Source: a virus (Duplodnaviria > Heunggongvirae > Uroviricota > Caudoviricetes). From it: a stretch of DNA of 34,113 nt. Below are positions 1 to 8,644 of the stretch, piece after piece. The position numbers were made by a program, and so were the translations under genes. The notes under the pieces are model-generated. The model saw nothing but the letters and a program-made list of their open reading frames with translations. It ran no database searches and was not told where the DNA came from. Every line of letters starts with the position of its first letter. Position 1 is the first letter of the stretch. The stretch lies in IMG/VR virus record IMGVR_UViG_2778261575_000003, one strand, 5' to 3'.

Positions 1-19
1 CTATTTGATAAATATTAAA

Positions 20-1315
20 TTAATTTTTCATTAATTCGTTATGGGGCATGGTTGGGGCAAACTCGCTTAACTGTGTATTTAACAAAGCTACCTGTGCATT
101 ATTGTTTTCAGACATCCATTTTCCGTATACCTGAAATACCATTTGCGCATCTGCATGGCCCATCTGGTTTGCTATAAATGCCGGGTTAGCACCAGCTGTC
201 AGCGACCAGCAGGCATAAGTATGTCTCGACTGATATGATTTTCGATGGCGGAGTCCGGCACGTTTTATCGCTGCGTCCCACATCTGCCTTATTGAGTCAA
301 CGGTAAAATGGTCACCATAATTTTTTACTCTCGCTGACACTTCAGGTTGAAAAACAAAGGTGCATTTTTGTTTTTCTGTTCTGCCATACTCTCTGAGGTG
401 AACATCAATGATATGCTCTTTGCTCAGTCTCGTTAATGTCATCTGACTCCGGAGAGCGTCGATTGCTGGCTTAATAAGATGAATGACCCGATTGGTTCCC
501 GCCTGTGTTTTTGGTACCGTGAAACGGTCTTTTGCTAAATTTCTCCTGATCATCATTGTTCCATTTTTCAGATCTATGTCCTCCCATCCAAGTGCACACA
601 GCTCACCAGGGCGAACGCCAGTATAAACAGAAACACACCATAAATTTTTTGCTTGCTGATTTCTGCACGCATCGATAAGACGGATAAATTCCTCCCGCGA
701 AAGAGGATCCGGAATGGTTCTTGATTCCTTTAATGGCGAGATCCCCTTAAACGGATTATCTGCCAGGTAACCGTTATCAACACCAAACTGGAACACGGCG
801 TTAAGATTTGTCATGTAATTATTTACAGTTACAGCCGATCTCCCTGGTTGTGTAACAATATAGTTACTTTTGGGGATCTGGTATCCAGTCAGTAGCTCTT
901 TACGAACCTCCAGTAATTTTTCTTTATTAATCGATGAGGCAAGATTTTTTTCACCGATTATGCTCAGGATATTTTTGATGACGGCACGGTATGTGTTGAG
1001 TGATGTTTTGGCGACTTCAGTTTCTTTCAGTGCCAGAAATTTTTCAGCCAGTTCTTTTATGGTTAAATCTTGTCGGGCCTCACCAAATTTTTCCAGATTG
1101 CGTGAGGAGGGAAACTGTTTTGCATAGTCGAAAACACCAGTTTTTATTGCGTAACAAACAGAGGCGCGTAGTTCACCTGCAACGCGCCTGTTTTTTGCTG
1201 TGTCAGGAACCCCCAGATTTTCCCTGACTCTTACGCCTTTATAAACAAACCAGATACGTAATTTCCCTCCATGGTTTTCCACGCCTGTCGGATATTTCAT
1301 TTCAACTTCTCTCAT
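20..1315 (-). CDS. Phage integrase (tyrosine site-specific recombinase)
   Basis: 431-aa ORF. C-terminal catalytic region with HRKSYQSRHTYACW...ANQMGHAD...VYGKWM resembles the tyrosine recombinase R-H-R-Y box. Sits at the prophage end next to an excisionase-like gene. Alternative in-frame ATG at 1300. Confidence 0.9.
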   Translation of the reverse strand: MREVEMKYPTGVENHGGKLRIWFVYKGVRVRENLGVPDTAKNRRVAGELRASVCYAIKTGVFDYAKQFPSSRNLEKFGEARQDLTIKELAEKFLALKETEVAKTSLNTYRAVIKNILSIIGEKNLASSINKEKLLEVRKELLTGYQIPKSNYIVTQPGRSAVTVNNYMTNLNAVFQFGVDNGYLADNPFKGISPLKESRTIPDPLSREEFIRLIDACRNQQAKNLWCVSVYTGVRPGELCALGWEDIDLKNGTMMIRRNLAKDRFTVPKTQAGTNRVIHLIKPAIDALRSQMTLTRLSKEHIIDVHLREYGRTEKQKCTFVFQPEVSARVKNYGDHFTVDSIRQMWDAAIKRAGLRHRKSYQSRHTYACWSLTAGANPAFIANQMGHADAQMVFQVYGKWMSENNNAQVALLNTQLSEFAPTMPHNELMKN

Positions 1316-1334
1316 TAGTTAGTGTGGCTTTTAG

Positions 1335-1586
1335 TCAAGTAAGATGACGTCTTGGTCTCGCTGATGCCTGGCGCTCAATCCAGCGATCAATTTCTTCCAG
1401 GTTGTAAAAGCATGGACTGTTATCCCATGGCATACCGTCATGAGCGACATGCTTATATTCCCTTCCTTCCATAAACGATTTTTCCCGGGCCTTTTTTAAC
1501 GTACCTTTTTTTATTCCTTTCAGCGCAATTAACTGCTCTTCGGATACCCATTTGCCGGGAGAGACAATCATGATTACTTCGCTCAT
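1335..1586 (-). CDS. Excisionase-like protein (Xis)
   Basis: 83-aa basic ORF immediately upstream of int on the same strand, the typical xis position and size. Confidence 0.65.
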   Translation of the reverse strand: MSEVIMIVSPGKWVSEEQLIALKGIKKGTLKKAREKSFMEGREYKHVAHDGMPWDNSPCFYNLEEIDRWIERQASARPRRHLT

Positions 1587-1658
1587 CGATTTCTTTATCT
1601 CTTACATCAGACGAGCGCCGGTTGCAGAATACCAGTCACAACCGGCGACAGTTGAACA

Positions 1659-4130
1659 TTAAGAATCAGCCTGACTCGGGATCAGTTTTTGCCAGATAAC
1701 TGAAACGTATTTTGCCTGGTAACGGGCGTCATCAAGTGCATTATGGCGCTCACCTTCGAATGGAATAGCCGTTCTGGCATCGAAGTCTATGGCTTTCCCC
1801 AGCTCAACGATTGTGCGTACATCGCGATCGTTGCAGTAACGCCACGGGCAGGGGATCCCCTGCCGTTCGTATGAACGGCGCAAAATCGTGTTGTCGAAGT
1901 TGGCTCCATTTCCCCAAACCTGAACAAAAAATTCACCGGAGTTTTCGTCGATAAATTCCCGCAATTGTAACAGTGCATCATCTAACGGGATTTCATCGGT
2001 CATAATGGCAGATTGCGCTTCGCGTGATTGCTTAAGCCACCATTTAATGGTGTCCCGATCAATGACTCCGCCAGCAGTTTCCAGATCGATAGTCTTACTA
2101 AATTCCGGTCCCATATCTCCGGTTTGCGGATCGAAAAATATTGCACCTATTGAGATGATCGGGGCATCAGGATTTTTTCCCATGGTTTCAAGGTCGATCA
2201 TTAGATGGTCACACGTCCTGCTGGTGGATGTGATTTCGTGATGACCGTTCACCTTAATTGGGTGATCTGCCGTCTCGCCAGTTTCATTATCGCTATTGTG
2301 ATGCTGATTGCCGCCAGTGTTCTCCTTGTGTGGATGTTCAGCGCCTTCCATTTCCTCCGGATCATCTTCCTGAACTTCAACCTGATACTCTTCATCGAAT
2401 GTTTCTTGGTATGTTGCGTCGCCCATCACCGCGCCACAATCAGGGCAGTTGCCGCCGCCGGTCTGACCGCAGGCGGTGCAGACTTTTTCCACTTCCTGTT
2501 GCGCCACTGGTTCAGGCTGTTTCGTTTCTGGCTCGTTTTGTAACGCATTTGGACTGTTTTGTTCCGCTTTTTGGTAGTTCCGTTCCGATTCATGCTGGTT
2601 CTGGTTCACAGAATCGCGGGTCTGGATCCCCTTAACCCATTTCGGATCATTCGGGTCACTAATCCCTTCAACAAATTCACCACGTGATGCAGCAAGCAAC
2701 TTATCGGCGTCAGGCTGGCTGATATTGGCTGCCTGCATAATTTTGTTTACTTCGTCAGCGGTAACTTTTATCGGCTCTGGTTGTTCTGAATCTTCAGCGG
2801 TATCTACATTTTGCGGTAAGCCCGTGTATGTGCCATTTTTTCGGGCAAAATATTCTTCTTTTGTGATTTCAGTGGCGCCAGCAGCCAGTGCCTTATCCAG
2901 ACCAGAAAGTTTGTTTGCGCGACCGTATTTTTCTCCGTCCTTATCTGCGAAGAGGAAATAGAACGGCCCCTCACGCTCTACAGATGGTTCAGCTTCCGGC
3001 GCGGTTTCATTTTTTGGGATATCAGATACCTCAGTTTCCACTGCATCAGTTTGTGTTTCTGATGACTGGAGAACATCAACAGTGCCCAGGTCTGTTTCTT
3101 CATTCTCAAACACGCCCTTTGTCGTCAGGTATTCGCAGATATATTTGTTCAGTGCTACGGGATCTTTGTGAATGTCGATCGGACGCTCACGGACAAGGCC
3201 AAAAATAGTTTGGCGGTCGTAGCGAAGGGCATCAGGCTGTTTGCGCATTGATGCCGAGATACGCTTCCAGTCTTCGCGGTCGTTGTCGATAACTTCTTTT
3301 TTTGCCCAGCGATGGATGCTGCCGTCAATGTTTCCGGCATCCACATCACCAGGCCAGAGAGCGTAGGCCAGTTCGTCATCCAGTGTTTTCCATGTCTGCT
3401 TGTATTCGCGATGAATGGCAGCAATGACCGGGCTGATTTTTCCTGTTGAATTTTCAGTGTACTGTTGATTGGCTCTGGCGCGGGCGAGATCAACAACAGA
3501 CGTGTATTTTCCGGTTTCCTTGCGTTCACCTTCGCGACGTTTTTTCCAGATGCGCATCTCTGCCTGAATTTCGGGCCATTTAGCACCAGGAATACATTTA
3601 TGCTTAACCCACCCAATGGCGTGCAACTTAAGCTCCGGATACATGGCGTTAACTTCTGGCATTTTCATCAACGCTTCAACGATATGTCCGTCGAATGTTG
3701 CCATGTCTTCCTGCAACAATTCCTGTGCGCTAATAACCATATCAACGGTGATGTTTTCACATGTGTCGAACTTAACCATGACAGCGTTCTGTACTTCAGG
3801 GGCCAGCTTGTCAAAAGTGACGTTCATCGGATCGGATTCAGTCTCAACCGGGACAAAAGAAGCAGACTCCTCATCCCAGCGGTTTTCCTGCATATATTCA
3901 GCATCCCATGAATCGAGGGCAGGGCGGGGTATGCCAGGTTTATCCTCGCAGACAATAAATTTATAAGCGCAGTCCTGAGCAGCCGGATAATGTTCCAGGA
4001 ATTGCCAGTGAAATTTTGCTCGAGCACGGCGTTCGTCGCCAGCTTCAATGGCTGTGGCTACAGCCACAGCGCCTTCTTCCCTTGTTGCCAGTTCGTCAGG
4101 AATAGCGGCGCAAATAAAGACTTTACTCAT
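1659..4130 (-). CDS. RecE-like exonuclease (exodeoxyribonuclease VIII family) with C-terminal DEDDh 3'-5' exonuclease domain
   Basis: 823-aa ORF. Central segment LLAASRGEFVEGISDPNDPKWVKGIQTRD matches my recollection of RecE. C-terminus carries DnaQ-like motifs (MIDLETMG ... HNALDDARYQ). ATG at 4130 with a GAGG upstream. Confidence 0.75.
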   Translation of the reverse strand: MSKVFICAAIPDELATREEGAVAVATAIEAGDERRARAKFHWQFLEHYPAAQDCAYKFIVCEDKPGIPRPALDSWDAEYMQENRWDEESASFVPVETESDPMNVTFDKLAPEVQNAVMVKFDTCENITVDMVISAQELLQEDMATFDGHIVEALMKMPEVNAMYPELKLHAIGWVKHKCIPGAKWPEIQAEMRIWKKRREGERKETGKYTSVVDLARARANQQYTENSTGKISPVIAAIHREYKQTWKTLDDELAYALWPGDVDAGNIDGSIHRWAKKEVIDNDREDWKRISASMRKQPDALRYDRQTIFGLVRERPIDIHKDPVALNKYICEYLTTKGVFENEETDLGTVDVLQSSETQTDAVETEVSDIPKNETAPEAEPSVEREGPFYFLFADKDGEKYGRANKLSGLDKALAAGATEITKEEYFARKNGTYTGLPQNVDTAEDSEQPEPIKVTADEVNKIMQAANISQPDADKLLAASRGEFVEGISDPNDPKWVKGIQTRDSVNQNQHESERNYQKAEQNSPNALQNEPETKQPEPVAQQEVEKVCTACGQTGGGNCPDCGAVMGDATYQETFDEEYQVEVQEDDPEEMEGAEHPHKENTGGNQHHNSDNETGETADHPIKVNGHHEITSTSRTCDHLMIDLETMGKNPDAPIISIGAIFFDPQTGDMGPEFSKTIDLETAGGVIDRDTIKWWLKQSREAQSAIMTDEIPLDDALLQLREFIDENSGEFFVQVWGNGANFDNTILRRSYERQGIPCPWRYCNDRDVRTIVELGKAIDFDARTAIPFEGERHNALDDARYQAKYVSVIWQKLIPSQADS

Positions 4131-4223
4131 TTTGTTTTAACCTCATGACAGATTTAAGGATGAACAAATCCCTGCCATTGCTGGCATATAAGAATGAAAC
4201 CGGATATTTATTACGGAACTGTT

Positions 4224-4415
4224 TTAAAGACCTGCCGGGATTTCGATATTATCTTGGTGAATAACTTTATCGACCGGGTAACAGTTACCGGGAATTTTCT
4301 GTTCGGTTGCTGCAGTCATACACTCCTGCATTGTCCTGTGAACACTGACTGCAATATCAACTGGCACTCCGGAAACAAGAAAAACTGTCAGAACAAGCGC
4401 AAATGCTGAATTCAT
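4224..4415 (-). CDS. ydfD: YdfD-like small protein with N-terminal hydrophobic segment
   Basis: 63 aa from the internal ATG (MNSAFALVLTVFLVSG...). Its ATG overlaps the dicB stop (ATGA), as expected for the gene after dicB in the Qin dicB operon; sequence matches my recollection of YdfD. Confidence 0.65.
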   Translation of the reverse strand: MNSAFALVLTVFLVSGVPVDIAVSVHRTMQECMTAATEQKIPGNCYPVDKVIHQDNIEIPAGL

Positions 4416-4600
4416 TGTGCACATCCTTTTGGCATCAGACGTAAACGAGCCAGCATTGAAACAATGCATATTTTATTTAATAGCTCCCGTTCTTGTTTTC
4501 TCTTGTTAATGGCATCTTCAGTAAATACAGGGTTACTGATAGTGACACCAATTTCAAAACAACCTTCAGACGTATTAACGTTTGGTAATAACGTTTTCAT
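4412..4600 (-). CDS. dicB: Cell division inhibitor DicB
   Basis: 62-aa product MKTLLPNVNTSEGCFEIGVTISNPVFTEDAINKRKQERELLNKICIVSMLARLRLMPKGCAQ from the internal ATG at 4600, matching recollected DicB. GAGGA RBS upstream; lies about 170 nt downstream of DicF as in Qin. Confidence 0.85.
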   Translation of the reverse strand: MKTLLPNVNTSEGCFEIGVTISNPVFTEDAINKRKQERELLNKICIVSMLARLRLMPKGCAQ

Positions 4601-4772
4601 TATCGCGTCCTCAACAATGAATTTTGTGATGCAGTGCCTGGTGCCTCCAGGTGACGTTAACCAGTTAACAATTAACGTCGGATACAGAGAATCCACCCAT
4701 AACACTGTTTTTGGTTTTAACTGTTCCGCGTGCGCTTAGCCGCATTCACCGCATCACAAAATTCACTTTAAA

Positions 4773-4827
4773 AACGGCGGCAGAGCAGTCACGGAGTAAA
4801 ACTGATACCGCCAAACGTCACCAGAAA
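4773..4827 (-). ncRNA. dicF: DicF small regulatory RNA (ftsZ-targeting sRNA)
   Basis: Reverse complement of 4776-4827 reads TTTCTGGTGACGTTTGGCGGTATCAGTTTTACTCCGTGACTGCTCTGCCGCC followed by a U-run, matching the recollected 53-nt DicF; correct position upstream of dicB. Confidence 0.85.
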
Positions 4828-5086
4828 ATTGATAACAGAGGGCGTTGCAGCGGGGTTGTCACTTAAGCGTATGGTCAACCTGACAACTCGGTGTCCTCAA
4901 CGGGGAAGGAATAACCCCGCCATACTTACCGCCGCGCCATTTTGCGGGGTGCCACAACCGGAAGCGCACGGTCGAATTAAATTTAACGACACCGTACAGT
5001 GAGACGAACTTCGCCGTGCGCTTTCGTGTTGTGTGCCTGCTTTTAACCACGTCAGGCGAGGTGGTATCCTTAAAATCACCACAGTT

Positions 5087-5662
5087 TTAAGGATTCATTA
5101 AGCAATGTCGCAACCACCAATAAATCCGCTTAAGAACATGAAAATTGATTACTGGTATAAAGCGCTTACAGTTGTTGGCGCTGCGTTGTTTGTCTTTAAT
5201 GGAACGTCTTTTTTTGACAGATATCCCGTTGTTCCATTGGGTTTTTTGTCCTCCGGCATCTTTTTTATTGGTTTGGGGGAGTGGATTAATCACCCTCTCA
5301 AAGTGAGATTTATTGGTCCTGGAGTTTGGACTCGTGGATATAATCGTTCTTCGTGCGCACTCGGTATCATCTTCGACATACTTGGTTGTTTCCTGATTGT
5401 TACAGGAGTCGTCAAGTTCTTCTGATGTAAAACCGCAAATGGGGCACGTAACGGGAATTTTGAAAAGCGTTTCTCCGGGTTCCAGAACAAAATTTTCTGC
5501 GGTCTGATTTTGCTTCTCATATTTGTGCTCCGCGTCATTGTGAGAGCACATTCTTATTCTGAGTGCCTGTTTAAACTCACTGAAGCTGAGAGCTTCTTCG
5601 CCTTCGGCAAGGCCTTCGAAGTATTCTTCGTAAGCCTTTTCCATGATTGTGTCGAAATCCAT
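5087..5662 (-). CDS. Hypothetical protein of the dicB operon (YdfB/YdfC-like, acidic N-terminus, CPICG motif)
   Basis: 191-aa ORF whose ATG (5662) lies 1 nt after the ydfA stop with a GGTGAG RBS, i.e. translationally coupled. C-terminal third is low-complexity and basic. Fully overlapped by a plus-strand ORF (5105..5425), so extent is uncertain. Confidence 0.45.
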   Translation of the reverse strand: MDFDTIMEKAYEEYFEGLAEGEEALSFSEFKQALRIRMCSHNDAEHKYEKQNQTAENFVLEPGETLFKIPVTCPICGFTSEELDDSCNNQETTKYVEDDTECARRTIISTSPNSRTNKSHFERVINPLPQTNKKDAGGQKTQWNNGISVKKRRSIKDKQRSANNCKRFIPVINFHVLKRIYWWLRHCLMNP

Positions 5663-5663
5663 A

Positions 5664-5819
5664 TCACTCACCTGAGTTTCTTTCCAGCCAGCGACGGGCA
5701 CCATTTTCGGTTTTAAACGTTTTGCTTTTGGTATACGTCATCGCGGTGAACGTGCCGTCCTGGTTGGGAAACACGCCATATACCAGAGATTCGTTGTTGC
5801 CAAGATCGATAGTATCCAT
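5664..5819 (-). CDS. ydfA: YdfA-like small protein (DUF1391)
   Basis: 51 aa from the internal ATG: MDTIDLGNNESLVYGVFPNQDGTFTAMTYTKSKTFKTENGARRWLERNSGE, matching recollected Qin YdfA; first gene downstream of dicA-like repressor. Confidence 0.75.
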   Translation of the reverse strand: MDTIDLGNNESLVYGVFPNQDGTFTAMTYTKSKTFKTENGARRWLERNSGE

Positions 5820-6011
5820 GCTGACCTCATTTCCCCTTAACGCCGGGGTAGCGGAACTGTTTGCTGAGAACACCGTGCGGTGTGTTGATGGAGGTAATTT
5901 AGTTTTCTCATTATTTTTCGTCAAGGTTTTTTGATGAGAAAACTCAAGTATTGGCGCAAGATAAAGCCAATACATTGAAATGTAAGGCTTTAAAATTTTG
6001 TGAAGGGATGA

Positions 6012-6419
6012 TTATTGATGCTTGTTGCGTTTGCGAGCCTCTAATAGCTCGGTGAACAGGCGATTAAAATTCTCAACGCGGGCGCGGAGTTCGCTGAGTT
6101 GTGCTTGTTGCTCTGATTTAGGAAGTGCGCGATACAAACGCAGCATCTCTAACTCATCTTCCGATAAGTCTAAGGCACTATCGAGTGAAACAGGGGGAGC
6201 TGGTGTTTTGTCCTCGTCGCCAAACAGTATCCAGGTTGGTGAACATTGCAATACCTCGGCGAGGCGATGCAAATTTTGCCCGCGCGGGGCTGTATGGTCA
6301 CTTTCCCATAATGAAATTGATGAGCCAGATACGCCAGCAGCTTTGCTTAAACCGTTTTGACTTAAGCCTACCTGCTTACGTCTTTCTCTAATGCGTTGAC
6401 CTAAAGTTTTCTCGTTCAT
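6012..6419 (-). CDS. dicA: DicA-like HTH (XRE-family) repressor, cI analog
   Basis: 135 aa from MNEKTLGQRIRERRKQVGLSQ... (HTH), with C-terminal VLQCSPTWILFGDEDK... matching recollected DicA. Divergent from a Cro-like gene. Confidence 0.85.
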   Translation of the reverse strand: MNEKTLGQRIRERRKQVGLSQNGLSKAAGVSGSSISLWESDHTAPRGQNLHRLAEVLQCSPTWILFGDEDKTPAPPVSLDSALDLSEDELEMLRLYRALPKSEQQAQLSELRARVENFNRLFTELLEARKRNKHQ

Positions 6420-6496
6420 ATTTAGATATCTTAATAACCCTTGACTTGAGATTCCTTGAGTGATTAGCATTGAGAAAACTCAATATTGGAGGTGCG
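6420..6496. promoter_or_regulatory. Divergent promoter/operator region between dicA-like and dicC-like genes
   Basis: 77-bp intergenic region with TTGACT (6441-6446) and a TAGCAT -10-like hexamer 18 bp downstream reading toward dicC; repeated TTGAG/CTCAA elements that could be operator half-sites. Confidence 0.45.
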
Positions 6497-6724
6497 ATGT
6501 TTAAATCAGACGTAATTAATTTTTACGGTACGAAAGCCAAAGTAGCGAAAGCTGCTGGCGTTGACCCATCTGCTGTTTCTCAATGGCAAGAGCTGGTTCC
6601 TGAAGGTCGCGCGATGCGTCTACAGGAGGCATCTGGCGGCGAGCTTCTGTATGATCCCAAGGTTTATGACGAATATCGTAAGACGAAGCGGGCGGGGCGG
6701 TTGAACAATGAAAATCACTCCTGA
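6497..6724 (+). CDS. dicC: DicC-like Cro-type regulator
   Basis: 75 aa from ATG 6497 (GGAGG 4 nt upstream); the ORF track start at 6470 is a TTG. Small basic protein divergent from the repressor; C-terminal half ...VPEGRAMRLQEASGGEL...YDEYRKTKRAGRLNNENHS is consistent with DicC. Confidence 0.8.
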   Translation: MFKSDVINFYGTKAKVAKAAGVDPSAVSQWQELVPEGRAMRLQEASGGELLYDPKVYDEYRKTKRAGRLNNENHS

Positions 6725-7229
6725 ACAGGCTCGTGAGGCTCTGGATGCCTGGATATGTCGACCAGGAATGACACAGGAGCAGGCGACGATATTAATCACT
6801 GAAGCATTCTGGGCTTTGAAAGAGCGCCCGAACATCGATGTTCAGCGTGTCACAGATGAAGGTGGCGCGGTTGATCAGCGAGCGCTTGGCGTTAATCGAG
6901 TGAAGATATTCGAACGCTGGAAGGCTATCGACACCAGGGATAAGCGTGAAAAGTTCACGGCGCTAGTGCCTGCAATTATGGAGGCTATCCGGATTAATGA
7001 TTTCAGGTTGTATCGTGAAATTAGTGACGGAAAAAGCATCACGTACATGATCGCCGGGTTAAACAAAGAATATGGCGATGTGGTGGAGTCCGGACTGCTT
7101 TTTGCTGATCCTGCCGTAGTGGATCGTGAAACTGACGAACTTATAGAAAAAGCAATTGCTTTCAAACTTGCGTATCGACAGCAATACCAACAAAAAGCTG
7201 GATGGAATTATGAGCCTTCTTTTTGCTGA
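6708..7229 (+). CDS. Hypothetical protein (position of cII / YdaT-like regulator downstream of cro)
   Basis: 173-aa ORF overlapping the dicC-like stop; no motif recognised with confidence. Confidence 0.5.
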   Translation: MKITPEQAREALDAWICRPGMTQEQATILITEAFWALKERPNIDVQRVTDEGGAVDQRALGVNRVKIFERWKAIDTRDKREKFTALVPAIMEAIRINDFRLYREISDGKSITYMIAGLNKEYGDVVESGLLFADPAVVDRETDELIEKAIAFKLAYRQQYQQKAGWNYEPSFC

Positions 7230-8175
7230 ACGCCCACTGGTTATAAACACACAGCTTGCGATGAAGATTGGCTTAAATGAAGCCATTGTGTTGCAGCAGT
7301 TGCATTACTGGTTGAGAGATACCAATTCCGGCATGGAATGTGATGGTGTTCGCTGGATTTACAACACAACGGAACAATGGCTGGAACAGTTCCCATTCTG
7401 GTCAGAGTCAACGTTAAAGCGCGCGTTTGCAAGTCTGAAAACGCTGGGGCTTTTGCGTTGTGAAAAGCTCAATAAATCAAAGCGCGATATGACCAATTTC
7501 TACACGATTAACTATGGGAGCGAGCTTTTAGATGATGGCAAATTGAGCGAATCCATCAGTTCAAAATGCGCCGCTCCATCAGGTCAAAATGACACGATGG
7601 AAGAGGTCAAAATGAAACGCTCCATTGGTTCAAAACGACCCAATGTCATCGGGTCAAAATGGCCTGATGATCTTACAGAGAATACAACAGAGATTACTAC
7701 AGAGAATAAAAACACTTTTCGTCCGGAAGCTTCGCAACCGGACCCGCAGACGACTGAACAGGATTTTTTAACCCGGAACCCCGACGCGGTTGTGTTTAGT
7801 GTGAAAAAACGCCAGTGGGGTAGCAGGGAGGATTTGGCGTGTGCGCAGTGGATTTGGGGGCGGATCGTGAACCTTTACGAACAGGCTGCCAGCGACGATG
7901 GAGAGATCATGCGACCAAAAGAGCCTAACTGGACAGCCTGGGCCAATGACGTGCGCACAATGCGGATGCTGGATGGCAGAAGCCACAGACAAATTTGCGA
8001 AATGTTTGGTCGGGTACAGCGGGATCCATTCTGGGTAAAAAACATCATGAGCCCGTCAAAACTCCGCGAAAAATGGGACGAACTGGTCATCCGCCTGGGA
8101 CGTTCACCTGTACAGCGTTGTGTGAATCATATTTCTGAACCGGATACAGAAATTCCGCCTGGTTTCAGAGGATAA
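7210..8175 (+). CDS. Replication organizer protein (phage O-like N-terminal HTH, DnaT-like C-terminal domain)
   Basis: 321 aa from ATG 7210 (ORF track start 7156 is TTG). N-terminus LVINTQLAMKIGLNEAIVLQQLHYWL and C-terminus NWTAWANDVRTMRMLDGRSHRQICEMFGRV... are typical of lambdoid replication initiation proteins. Confidence 0.65.
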   Translation: MSLLFAERPLVINTQLAMKIGLNEAIVLQQLHYWLRDTNSGMECDGVRWIYNTTEQWLEQFPFWSESTLKRAFASLKTLGLLRCEKLNKSKRDMTNFYTINYGSELLDDGKLSESISSKCAAPSGQNDTMEEVKMKRSIGSKRPNVIGSKWPDDLTENTTEITTENKNTFRPEASQPDPQTTEQDFLTRNPDAVVFSVKKRQWGSREDLACAQWIWGRIVNLYEQAASDDGEIMRPKEPNWTAWANDVRTMRMLDGRSHRQICEMFGRVQRDPFWVKNIMSPSKLREKWDELVIRLGRSPVQRCVNHISEPDTEIPPGFRG

Positions 8176-8215
8176 GTTTTGATTTCAGGTCATGAGGTAA
8201 TTTTAAGGGGGACTT

Positions 8216-8644
8216 GTGGCAAAAGTTTTTACACAAGAAGAGCGGGAAAAAATTAAAGGGCAGGTGGTGGAACTCGTGCGCCAGAGCGGTCGTGAGACGT
8301 TACGGCAACTGGAAGCTAAAACAGGTGCGACAAGATATCTGATGAGCGTTCTTGCCAGAGAGCTGGTTGCCAGTGGCGATGTATACAACTCTGGTTACGG
8401 GTTATTCCCGTCTGAACAGGCCCGTAAGGACTGGCAAAACGCCCGCAAAAAACTCTCGAGGGCAAAGGTGAAGAAACCCGCTGCGGTTGATCCAGACCTT
8501 ATCTGGTCATTAGCTGACGGAGAAATACGTCGTTACGACAGACATCATAATATAATTTGTAGTGAGTGCCGTAAAAGCGAAGTTATGCAGCGTATATTGT
8601 TTTTTTATCAGGGAAATGTTCGATATTTATTGAAGTATCAATAA
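8216..8644 (+). CDS. Hypothetical protein, possible winged-helix regulator; 3' end AT-rich
   Basis: 142 aa, GTG start 4 nt after an AAGGGGG RBS. Last ~35 codons switch to AT-rich codons (…NIICSECRKSEVMQRILFFYQGNVRYLLKYQ), suggesting the native 3' end was replaced at an insertion junction. Confidence 0.5.
   Translation: MAKVFTQEEREKIKGQVVELVRQSGRETLRQLEAKTGATRYLMSVLARELVASGDVYNSGYGLFPSEQARKDWQNARKKLSRAKVKKPAAVDPDLIWSLADGEIRRYDRHHNIICSECRKSEVMQRILFFYQGNVRYLLKYQ

Noticed and set aside
870-1227. Plus-strand ORFs (85 and 75 aa) inside the integrase gene
   Set aside because: Fully embedded antisense to a well-supported integrase CDS; no RBS support; low-complexity products.
1787-4048. Multiple overlapping ORFs on both strands (64-153 aa) within the RecE-like exonuclease gene
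   Set aside because: Shadow ORFs inside a long, motif-supported CDS; products are Cys/Arg/Ser-rich and not protein-like.
4859-5082. Two overlapping minus-strand ORFs (63 and 61 aa) upstream of DicF
   Set aside because: Lie in the structured GC-rich precursor leader of DicF; Arg/Cys-rich products; no convincing RBS.
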